The position numbers and the translations under genes were made by a program. This document shows positions 1-7,276 of a stretch of 27,243 nt of DNA, in pieces. Under the pieces are notes generated by a model, which was given only the letters and a program-made list of their open reading frames with translations, was not told where the DNA came from and made no database searches. Position 1 is the first letter of the stretch. Each line of letters starts with the position of its first letter. Source of the stretch: Myxococcota bacterium (GTDB lineage: Bacteria > Myxococcota_A > Polyangia > Polyangiales > Sandaracinaceae); assembly GCA_036149055.1 (NCBI GenBank), contig JAYZQJ010000242.1:1-27243 (forward strand), written 5' to 3'.

Positions 1-89
1 CCTCGATCCGAGTCGACATCTGGTCTGCATGAGGCGAGCTCGGCGGAGGAGCCGGATGGTGGAAATCTCCTAGTCCGGATCTGGTGAGG

Positions 90-118
90 GCCCCGCCTCC
101 GTGAGGGGGCGGGGCTAC
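90..118 (-). repeat. REP-like GC-rich stem-loop with 5' GTAG on the minus strand
   Basis: gccccgcctcc-gtga-gggggcggggc forms an 11-bp stem (one G-U pair on +). The minus strand reads GTAGCCCCGCCCCC-TCAC-GGAGGCGGGGC, i.e. GTAG followed by a hairpin as in GTAG-family REPs. There is no U-tract. Confidence 0.4.
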
Positions 119-160
119 TCGACAGGCGGGGTGTGGCCTCGGGACGGCGCCTCGCCGGCG

Positions 161-312
161 CGTGCCGGGATGGCCGCCGCTCGGGCGCTGGCGTCCGGCG
201 TCGGACTTACTCGCGCAAAGACGCAAAGACGCCAAGATGGAGGTGGGGCGGCGGGGTGGTGGCTGGCCGTGCCGGGATGGCCGCCGCTCGGGCGCTGCCG
301 TCCGGCGTCGGA
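161..312 (+). repeat. 45-bp direct repeat, two copies (161..205 and 268..312)
   Basis: cgtgccgggatggccgccgctcgggcgctg(g/c)cgtccggcgtcgga; 44/45 identical. Confidence 0.9.
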
Positions 313-427
313 ATTGGTCGACGCCGCTCGCGGCCGCCGAGCGGAGCGGCGTCCCGGCACTGGGCGGCGAGCCAGCCGCCCCGCTGCCAGCCCACCCCTT
401 TGCGGCTTCGCGCCTTTGCGCGAGTAA
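207..427. repeat. ~220-bp imperfect palindromic element with 30-bp terminal inverted repeats (MITE/REPIN-like)
   Basis: Left end 207..236 is ttactcgcgcaaagacgcaaagacgccaag; the reverse complement of 398..427 is ttactcgcgcaaaggcgcgaagccgcaaag (26/30). Loose inverted similarity continues inward to a central cggcgtcg...cgacgccg hairpin near 303..326. Confidence 0.75.
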
Positions 428-450
428 AAAAAATGACGCCGGCCGGCATC
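426..450 (-). terminator. Possible minus-strand intrinsic terminator
   Basis: Minus strand reads GATGCC-GGCC-GGCGTC-A-TTTTTTTT: a short stem followed by T8, a rare tract in this GC-rich DNA. No minus-strand gene lies directly upstream. Confidence 0.3.
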
Positions 451-530
451 TGCCGAGCGCAGGACGAGCCGGCACGCTCGGTTAGGGAGAATTAGTGGTC
501 TGTCGCGGAGCCCCGGGAGACAACGGGGGC

Positions 531-1571
531 ATGCAGTATCGCCTCGGCCTCGCCGTCTCCATCGCGCTCGCGCTCGCGGGCTGTGACGCCTCGCCCGAGG
601 TCGACGCGGGCGCGCCCGTCGACTCCGCCCTCGTCGACGTCGACGCCGCCCGGGACGCCGCGCCTCCCCCTCCGCCCGATGCGGCGATGGAGGACGCGGG
701 GCCCACCGAGGCGGACGCCGGCCCGCCCGGCGCGTGCGCCGCGCCCTTCCGGCCGATGCGCGCCTACGACGGGTCCGCGGCCGCGACCGGCGACGGGTTC
801 CTCGGCTGGGCCCGCTCGGAGTGGAACGAGACCCACTCGGTCAGCCACGGCCGGGCGGTCCGCGTGCGCGTCGACCCCGGCGAGGAGCCGCTGCCGGCCT
901 GCTCGGGGCGGCACTTCTTCGCGGGCCGCTCGCGCCTGCCGGCGCCGGTGCCGCAGGGCCACACGATCTGGTTCCGCATGTACCAGTACATCCCGTCGAC
1001 CTTCAGCTTCGGCTACAAGTACTCGCGCGGCGCCGGGGACGAGCCCGAGGCGTCGATGTGCGGGCGCTCTCCGGACGGCAACCTCTGGCTGAAGTGGCTC
1101 GTGCTCGCGCCCCAGCCGATGTACGGGACCGCCCGTATCTACCTCATGCCGACGGCGGCTCGCCGGGCCCTCGCGCACGAGCGCCCGCAGGTCCGCATCA
1201 TCTCCGAGGCGCGGCACCGCGCTCACGACGCGCCGGTCGATCTCCCGCGGGATCGGTGGTTCTCGCTCCAGATCTCGGTCTACGTCTCCGACGGCGAGGA
1301 CGGCGTGATCCGCGCCTGGATCGACGACCAGTTCCTCGGCGAGGTCCACGGCCGCACCACGGTCGAGGGCGCCGCGCTCGGCGAGTGGGGCATGGGCGAC
1401 TACTGGAACGGCGTGCCGTGGACCGACTTCGAGCCGGGCCGCACGGACTTCTGGGTCGACGAGATCGTCGTCGCCTCCGACGCCGAGGGCTACGACCCGC
1501 CCACCGGCGTCGACCCGGAGGGGCGCACCTACATCGCGCCGTGCACCCGGGTGGCCGACCTCGCCGAGTGA
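531..1571 (+). CDS. Lipoprotein with a polysaccharide-lyase-like (ConA/jelly-roll) domain
   Basis: ATG 531 gives MQYRLGLAVSIALALAGC (lipobox LAGC) and a D/A/P-rich linker. The domain contains WFRMYQYIPSTFSF, LPRDRWFSLQISVYVSDGEDGVIRAWIDD and FWVDEIVVA, a pattern typical of polysaccharide-lyase-like beta-sandwiches. Confidence 0.65.
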   Translation: MQYRLGLAVSIALALAGCDASPEVDAGAPVDSALVDVDAARDAAPPPPPDAAMEDAGPTEADAGPPGACAAPFRPMRAYDGSAAATGDGFLGWARSEWNETHSVSHGRAVRVRVDPGEEPLPACSGRHFFAGRSRLPAPVPQGHTIWFRMYQYIPSTFSFGYKYSRGAGDEPEASMCGRSPDGNLWLKWLVLAPQPMYGTARIYLMPTAARRALAHERPQVRIISEARHRAHDAPVDLPRDRWFSLQISVYVSDGEDGVIRAWIDDQFLGEVHGRTTVEGAALGEWGMGDYWNGVPWTDFEPGRTDFWVDEIVVASDAEGYDPPTGVDPEGRTYIAPCTRVADLAE

Positions 1572-1596
1572 CCCGCGGGATTCGGGCGGCGGTCGA

Positions 1597-1905
1597 TCAG
1601 TCGGCGCAGGCGCCCGGGACCTCGCCCATCTGCTCGAGGGCGGCGCGCCATCCGCGGCGCATGCGCGCGCAGGCGGCCGGATCGTCCTCGCGGGCGCCGG
1701 CGCAGGCGCTGTCCGCGCTGACGTTCGGCATCGCCGCGGCGTAGGCCTCGCAGCACTCGACCGCGCGCGCGCACGCCTCGCCGAGCGGCGGCGGGGCCTG
1801 GCTCGCCTCGCCCGGCTCGGCGGCCGGGGCGCGCGGGGTGGGGCTCGGCGGCGCGGGGTCGCCGCTGCACGCGATCACGAGCAGCGAGAGCAGCGCGGCT
1901 CTCAT
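1597..1905 (-). CDS. Small Cys-rich lipoprotein (102 aa)
   Basis: MRAALLSLLVIAC lipobox, Pro-rich linker and six further Cys. The ATG overlaps the kinase stop (ATGA at 1902..1905). Confidence 0.75.
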   Translation of the reverse strand: MRAALLSLLVIACSGDPAPPSPTPRAPAAEPGEASQAPPPLGEACARAVECCEAYAAAMPNVSADSACAGAREDDPAACARMRRGWRAALEQMGEVPGACAD

Positions 1906-2897
1906 GCCTCGGGCAGCTCCTCGAGCACCTCGGTGCGGGGGCCGCTCGCGCGGAGCGAGAGCCGCTGCTGGGCGCTCTGCACCGCCCGGGCGATGCGGCG
2001 GGCGTCGGTCGGCTCGTCGGTGGACCGGAGCAGCTCGCGCAGCACGCGCGCCATCAGGTGCGTGGAGCCGAAGCGCTCCTGGGGATCGACGTCGAGCGCC
2101 ATCTGCAGCGACTCCCAGAGCAGATCGGGCACGTCGGGCCGGAGCTCGCGGAGGTCGGGGACGCGCGCCTCGCTCACCGCGAACATCACCTCCATGTCGG
2201 TCGGCGCGTCGAAGAGCGGGCGGCCGGCGAGGGCCTCCCAGAGGCACACCGCGACGCCCCAGAGATCCGACTGCACGCTCGCGGCCCCGTTCTTGAGCCG
2301 CTCGGGTGCGATGTAGCTGACCTTGCCCTTGAGCGCGTTCGGACGGGTCATCGTCGCGCGATCCATCGCCCGGGCGATGCCGAAGTCGGTCAGCTTCGCG
2401 AAGCCGTCCGTGCTCAGCAAGATGTTCTGCGGCGTGACGTCCCGGTGGTAGATGGGCGCGGGCGCGCCGTCTTCGGTCCGCCGGTCGTGCGCCGCGCCGA
2501 GCGCCCCGAGGATCTCGACGCCGATCGCGGCCGCGAGCGGCCAGGGGAGGGCGCCGCCGTCGGCCTGGAAGCTCGCCGCGAGCTGCGCCAGATCGACGCC
2601 CTCGACCCACTCCATGACGAGGAAGTGCAGCCCGCGCGCGTCGACCGCGAAGTCGTGGATCTGGGTGATCAGCGGGTGTTGCAGCGTGGAGACGACGCGC
2701 GCCTCCTCGACGAACATCGCGATGAACTCCGGATCGCCGCTCAGGTGCGGGATCACGCGCTTGATCGCGACCGGCCGATTGAAGCCGCCGGCGCCGAGCG
2801 TGCGGGCCCGCCAGACCACGGCCATGCCGCCGCTCCCCGCCTTCTCGAGCAGCTCGTACTTCCCGTTCAGGACCGTCCCGGGGGCGTCGTCGCGCAC
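1902..2897 (-). CDS. Hanks-type Ser/Thr protein kinase (catalytic domain only)
   Basis: GSGGMAVV Gly loop, VAIK, HRDVTPQNILL, DFG, GKVSYIAPE, SDLWGV. No TM or sensor domain. Confidence 0.95.
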   Translation of the reverse strand: MRDDAPGTVLNGKYELLEKAGSGGMAVVWRARTLGAGGFNRPVAIKRVIPHLSGDPEFIAMFVEEARVVSTLQHPLITQIHDFAVDARGLHFLVMEWVEGVDLAQLAASFQADGGALPWPLAAAIGVEILGALGAAHDRRTEDGAPAPIYHRDVTPQNILLSTDGFAKLTDFGIARAMDRATMTRPNALKGKVSYIAPERLKNGAASVQSDLWGVAVCLWEALAGRPLFDAPTDMEVMFAVSEARVPDLRELRPDVPDLLWESLQMALDVDPQERFGSTHLMARVLRELLRSTDEPTDARRIARAVQSAQQRLSLRASGPRTEVLEELPEA

Positions 2898-2986
2898 GCC
2901 CGCAGCGTCGATCGCTCCGGCCCGGCGCGCAAGCGCTGGCGGCAGGCCCCGGGTGAAGTAGGCTCTGCCCTCCAGGAGGAGCCCTC

Positions 2987-3526
2987 GTGTCCGAAGCCAC
3001 CATCGAAGACGGCAAGGTCGTCAGCATCCACTACGTCCTCACCAACCCGGAGGGTGAGGAGCTCGACCGCTCTGCCGAAGACCGGCCGCTCATGTACCTG
3101 CACGGCGCGCACAACATCGTGCCGGGGCTCGAGGAGGCGCTCGCCGGCAAGAAGGCGGGGGACGCGTTCTCGGTGAAGGTGCCGCCCGGTCGCGGCTACG
3201 GCGAGAAGCAGAAGATCAAGCCGATGCGCTTGCTCCGCTCCAAGTTCCCGCCGGACGCGCAGATCGAGAAGGGCACCCAGTTCCTCATGCAGGGGCCCGA
3301 CGGCAAGCCGATGCCGATCTGGATCGCCAAGGTGATGGGCAAGGAGGTCCACGTGACCCCGCAGCACCCGCTCGCCGGCGTGACCCTCTGCTTCGACGGC
3401 AAGGTCGAGGAGGTCCGGGACGCGACCGACGAGGAGAAGTCCCACGGCCACGTGCACGGCCCGGGTGGACACCACCACGACGACGACGAGCACGATCACG
3501 ACCACCGGCACGACGAGGAAGAGTAG
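2987..3526 (+). CDS. slyD: FKBP-type peptidyl-prolyl isomerase SlyD with His/Asp-rich tail
   Basis: VVSIHYVL, PLMYLHGAHNIVPGLEEAL, HPLAGVTLCF and EEKSHGHVHGPGGHHH tail; SD aggagg upstream of the GTG. Confidence 0.95.
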   Translation: MSEATIEDGKVVSIHYVLTNPEGEELDRSAEDRPLMYLHGAHNIVPGLEEALAGKKAGDAFSVKVPPGRGYGEKQKIKPMRLLRSKFPPDAQIEKGTQFLMQGPDGKPMPIWIAKVMGKEVHVTPQHPLAGVTLCFDGKVEEVRDATDEEKSHGHVHGPGGHHHDDDEHDHDHRHDEEE

Positions 3527-3575
3527 GCCGCAGGATCCGGGTGGGCGGCGTCGCGCCGCGCGCGTAGCGTGAGGC

Positions 3576-4415
3576 ATGTCCCGCAGCGACCATGCGCGCG
3601 TCGCCGACGCCATCCGGATCCTCAGCGAGCGCTGGCGCGACCCGCCGCCGCTGCCCGAGCTCGCCGGCGAGGTGGGGCTGAGCGGCGCGCACTTCCAGCG
3701 CATGTTCCGCCGCCTCACCGGCGTCAGCCCCAAGCGCTTCACCCAGAGCCTGGCCGCCGACCGCGCCGAGGCCCTGCTGCGCCGACGGGCGCCGGTGCTC
3801 GAGGCGGCCCACGCGGCGGGGCTCTCCGGCCCCGGGCGGCTGCACGACCTGACGGTCAACGTGCGCGCGATGACCCCGGGCGAGCTCCGGCGCGGCGCCG
3901 AGGGGCTCTCCATCGCGTGGGGCGTGCACGAGACGCCCTTCGGCGAGTGCGCGATCGCGGTCACGCCGCGCGGGGTGTGCGAGCTCTTCTTCCCGGACGC
4001 GCTCGACCCCGAGGCGGAGCTGCGCGCGCGCTGGCCCCGCGCGGACCTCGCGCGCGACGAGGCGAGGTCCGCGCCGATCGTCGCCGCGCTGCGCGACGCC
4101 AGCCGCCGCTCGGGCCCGCTGACGCTCCACCTGAAGGGCACCAATTTCCAGCTGCGCGTCTGGAAGGCGCTCCTCGCCATCCCTCCCGGCGAGGTCACCA
4201 GCTACGGCGCGCTCGCCCGCTCGGTCGGCGTGCCCACCGCGTACCGGGCCGTAGGCAACGCGGTCGGTCGCAACCCGGTCAGCCTCCTGGTGCCGTGTCA
4301 CCGCGTGCTGCGGTCGAGCGGCGCCCTCGGCGGCTACCGCTGGGGCGTGGACCGCAAGCGCGCCCTGCTCGCCTGGGAGGCGAGCGAGCGCGCCGTCAGC
4401 CCGAGCCGAAGATGA
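3576..4415 (+). CDS. AraC-type HTH fused to methylated-DNA--protein-cysteine (O6-methylguanine) methyltransferase (Ada/Ogt-like, no N-terminal Zn domain)
   Basis: LSGAHFQRMFRRLTGVSPKRF HTH; GTNFQLRVWKAL, YGALA, RAVGNAVGRNP, the PCHRV active site and GGYRWG. Confidence 0.93.
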   Translation: MSRSDHARVADAIRILSERWRDPPPLPELAGEVGLSGAHFQRMFRRLTGVSPKRFTQSLAADRAEALLRRRAPVLEAAHAAGLSGPGRLHDLTVNVRAMTPGELRRGAEGLSIAWGVHETPFGECAIAVTPRGVCELFFPDALDPEAELRARWPRADLARDEARSAPIVAALRDASRRSGPLTLHLKGTNFQLRVWKALLAIPPGEVTSYGALARSVGVPTAYRAVGNAVGRNPVSLLVPCHRVLRSSGALGGYRWGVDRKRALLAWEASERAVSPSRR

Positions 4416-5757
4416 ACGGGAACCGGACGTCGACCTCGCCGCCGTCGGGCTGGGGGAACCGCCAGCGGCGGACCTGGCGCACGATGCAGCCTTCGACCCG
4501 GGCGTTTCGCATGGTGGTGCTGCCGACGCGGGCGCTGGTGACCGAGCCGTTGCGGGCGATGCGCCACTGGATCTCGATGCGGCCGGAGAGGCTCGGCTGG
4601 CGCTGCAGCTCGTTCTCGTAGCAGTAGCGGACCGCCGCCTGGTTGCGGCGCACGACGCGCATGATCTGCTCGGGCGAGAGGTAGCCGCTCACCCGGGGCG
4701 CGGCGGTGCGCATCTGGACGCGCACCTCCTGACGCGGTCGCCCGCGCGCTCCCGGGCCGCCGCCACCCCGGCCGCCGCCCGCGCCGCGGCCCGCGCCGAC
4801 GCCGGTGCCCATGTTGCCTGCCCCGAAGAGGGTGCCGGGGCCGGTGCCGCCGCCGCCGGAGCCGCTGCCCCGCAGGCCGCGCCCGCCGCTGCCGCGGCCC
4901 ATCACCGTGCGGCCGCTGTTCAGCCCGCCCAGGAGGTCGGCGATGCTCGGACCCTCCATCGCCGCGGCCAGCGCGCTGGGCTCGCCGTCGGAGCCGCGGA
5001 TCGCGCCCAGGGCGCCGAGGTTCCGGACGCGCTCGGCCGCGCCGCCGCCGGTGACCTCGCCCTCCATCTCGGTCTGCTCCTGGGTGGCGTCCTCGCGGCC
5101 GACGCGCCCCTCCTCCTCGGCCGCCGCCTCGCCGCCCGCCTCCTCGCGATCCCGGATGCCCGGGTCGTCGGTGTCGGTGCCGCCGGCGTTCGGGTCCGGC
5201 TCCACCAGCTCGGGCGGGGGCGTGACCATGAACTGGCGGATGAGGTCGGTCGGCAGCTCGAGCTCGTCGCGCGGCGGCGCGTTGGCGAGCGCGAGGGCGA
5301 AGAGCAGCGCGAACATCGCGTGCACGAAGATCGAGAGCATCAGCGAGAGCACGCGCGCCGGCTCGGCGAAGAAGAGCGGCAGGCCGGCCCCGATCTTCGG
5401 CGCCGCCTTCACCATCTGGAAGAACACGGCCGCGTTGCCCATCGTGATGACGCCGTAGTCGTCGGGGCCGAGCGTCACGTCGCCGCCGCCGAGGCCGTTC
5501 ACGTCGCGCCGCTGCCCGCCGAGCCACACCGCGCCGCCCATCGCCGGGGTCAGCCCGAGCGCGTAGCCGCCGTTGCCGGTCGGCCGCATCAGGGTGAGCC
5601 GCTCCTCGCTCGTCACCCCGGGCGGCAGCGGCAGCACGTCCATGTCGCCGTAGCCGAGGGTCACCTCTCGCGGCTTGGAGAGCGTGTCGTCCGCCTGGAT
5701 GGTGTTTCCGAAGACGAGCGCGACCCGGAGGCGGCGTTGGTTCGCGGCGACGGCCAT
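4396..5757 (-). CDS. gltG: GltG/NfsG-like inner-membrane energy transducer with AgmX/PglI (TonB-C-like) C-terminal domain
   Basis: N-terminal cytoplasmic domain, then a single TM containing S-x3-H (LSIFVHAMF), a TonB-like motif. An acidic/Gly-rich periplasmic linker follows, then the C-terminal GYLSPEQIMRVV...RYCYE..L...P.LSGRI.I.W.I..NG.V...VEGCI......WRFPQP.GG.V.V.FPFIF. It is the last gene of a glt-like cluster; the symbol denotes family, not proven orthology. Confidence 0.85.
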   Translation of the reverse strand: MAVAANQRRLRVALVFGNTIQADDTLSKPREVTLGYGDMDVLPLPPGVTSEERLTLMRPTGNGGYALGLTPAMGGAVWLGGQRRDVNGLGGGDVTLGPDDYGVITMGNAAVFFQMVKAAPKIGAGLPLFFAEPARVLSLMLSIFVHAMFALLFALALANAPPRDELELPTDLIRQFMVTPPPELVEPDPNAGGTDTDDPGIRDREEAGGEAAAEEEGRVGREDATQEQTEMEGEVTGGGAAERVRNLGALGAIRGSDGEPSALAAAMEGPSIADLLGGLNSGRTVMGRGSGGRGLRGSGSGGGGTGPGTLFGAGNMGTGVGAGRGAGGGRGGGGPGARGRPRQEVRVQMRTAAPRVSGYLSPEQIMRVVRRNQAAVRYCYENELQRQPSLSGRIEIQWRIARNGSVTSARVGSTTMRNARVEGCIVRQVRRWRFPQPDGGEVDVRFPFIFGSG

Positions 5758-5801
5758 GCCTCTCCGATTCTACCGGAGAACCGGCCCTTGGGTGGAGCCC
5801 T

Positions 5802-6158
5802 TCACCGGAACGCCTTGCCGTGGGTGGATCGCTGCAGCTCGGGGATGAACGAGCGGTGCGGGAGGCGCGGGCGATCGAACTCGGCGCGCATGCGGTTGAG
5901 GAAGTAGAGGAGCTGCGGCGACTTGAGGCGGCCCGCGAGGTCGAGCCCGCTGAAGCGGAAGACCTTCACCTTCTCGCCGCCCTCCTGCCGGATGTCGCTG
6001 TCGACGTCCTGATCGACCTCTTCGCCTTCGACGTCGTCGAAGATCGCGGCCTCCTCGCGGCTGCCGGCCGGCTGATCCTGGCCGAGGGCCACGCCCATCG
6101 GCGCGCAGAGCAGAGCGCTCATCAGCGCGAGCGCGAGCAGCCGACGCGGGCGGCTCAC
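5802..6158 (-). CDS. gltF: GltF/CglF/NfsF-like small secreted protein
   Basis: Signal peptide; the C-terminal FRFSGLDLAGRLKSPQLLYFLNR...RSFIPELQRS follows the GltF-family pattern (F....I/L.G....P...Y..NR...F.PEL..S). It sits between gltE-like and gltG-like genes with a GTGA overlap. Confidence 0.8.
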   Translation of the reverse strand: MSRPRRLLALALMSALLCAPMGVALGQDQPAGSREEAAIFDDVEGEEVDQDVDSDIRQEGGEKVKVFRFSGLDLAGRLKSPQLLYFLNRMRAEFDRPRLPHRSFIPELQRSTHGKAFR

Positions 6159-7276
6159 GAGGCGCCTCCGTCGCCCGGGGCGGGCGCGTTCGGGTCCGGG
6201 ATGTCTCGGAGGTATTGCTCGGCCATCTCGCGATGCCTCCCCGAAGAGGGTGCCACACGGAGGAAGCGCTGGAACAGCTCCCGGCTCTGGGGCCGCTGAT
6301 CGAGGAACTCCGCCATCAGGACCGCCATGTTGAAGAGCGCCGCCGGGTGGTTCGGGTTGTCGTCGAGCACCCCCTGGTACGCGCGGCGCGCGCCGGCGTG
6401 ATCGCCCTGACCCCGCAGCGCCGCCCCGAGCGCGACCTGGGCGTCGAGGTGGTCGCGGTCCCGCTCGAGCACCGCTCGGTACTCCGTCTCGGCGCCCGCG
6501 TAGTCGCCGGCGTGGAGGAGCACCGAGCCCTGGTTGAGGTGCGCCTCCGCGAAGCTCGGGTCGAGCTGGATGGCCTCCTGGAACTGCACGAACGCGGCCT
6601 GGGTGTCGCCGCGAGAGAGCTCGAGCAGCCCCATCTCGTTGTGCAGGGCGGCGCTCTCGGCGTCGATGTCCATCGCCTTGCGGAAGACGAGCTCCGCCAC
6701 GTCGAACTGCTCGCGGGCCCGGTAGATGCGGCCGATCTCGGTCAGCGCGAGCACGTTGCGCGGCTCCCGGATCAGCACCTCGCGGGCGTGGGAGAGCGCG
6801 GCGTCGTGGTTGCCGCGCTGTCGCTCGACCGCGGTCAGCGCGAGCCGCACGGGCACGCTCTCCGGGTGCCCGCTCACGTAGTCGTTCAGCAGCGACGCGG
6901 CCTGGTCTCGCTCGCCGAGCGCGTACCGGGCCTCGGCCAGCCCCACCAGCACCTCACCCGCGCCGGGCTGGATGCCGCGTGCCGCCTCGAAGTGCGCCAC
7001 CGCGCTCCGCAGCTCGCCGCCGCGACGGTCGAGCACGCCGAGGTTGTAGTGCGCCTCCCAGAGGTTCGGATCGAGCTCGAGCGCGCGCTCGAAGCGCTGC
7101 CGGGCGCGGCGCTCGCGGGCCCGCCCACCGCGCGACAGGAGCCGGACGCCCGCCTGGTACTCGCGGGCCGCGGCCGGGTCGACGGGCGGGAGCTCGGCGG
7201 GGCGCACGGCCTCGGCCGCGCCGGCGCCGCAGGCCGCGAGGAGCAGCCCGAGGAGGAGGACGAGCGCGCGGGTCAT
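6155..7276 (-). CDS. gltE: GltE/AglT/NfsE-like TPR lipoprotein
   Basis: Lipobox LAAC; multiple TPRs (AHYNLGVL, LHNEMGLL, AHLNQGSVL, ALFNMAVL); ATGA overlap with the upstream gltD-like gene. Confidence 0.8.
   Translation of the reverse strand: MTRALVLLLGLLLAACGAGAAEAVRPAELPPVDPAAAREYQAGVRLLSRGGRARERRARQRFERALELDPNLWEAHYNLGVLDRRGGELRSAVAHFEAARGIQPGAGEVLVGLAEARYALGERDQAASLLNDYVSGHPESVPVRLALTAVERQRGNHDAALSHAREVLIREPRNVLALTEIGRIYRAREQFDVAELVFRKAMDIDAESAALHNEMGLLELSRGDTQAAFVQFQEAIQLDPSFAEAHLNQGSVLLHAGDYAGAETEYRAVLERDRDHLDAQVALGAALRGQGDHAGARRAYQGVLDDNPNHPAALFNMAVLMAEFLDQRPQSRELFQRFLRVAPSSGRHREMAEQYLRDIPDPNAPAPGDGGAS

Noticed and set aside
1..88. Possible 3' end of an upstream CDS
   Set aside because: Too short to assign frame or product; several frames end in stops here.
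101..495. Short ORFs over the left repeat region
   Set aside because: They translate the repeat/palindrome, with no coding-like composition or motifs.
3576..4415. Ada-like protein missing the N-terminal Zn/methylphosphotriester domain as a possible pseudogene
   Set aside because: HTH + methyltransferase without the Zn domain is a common intact architecture, and the start has a plausible promoter.
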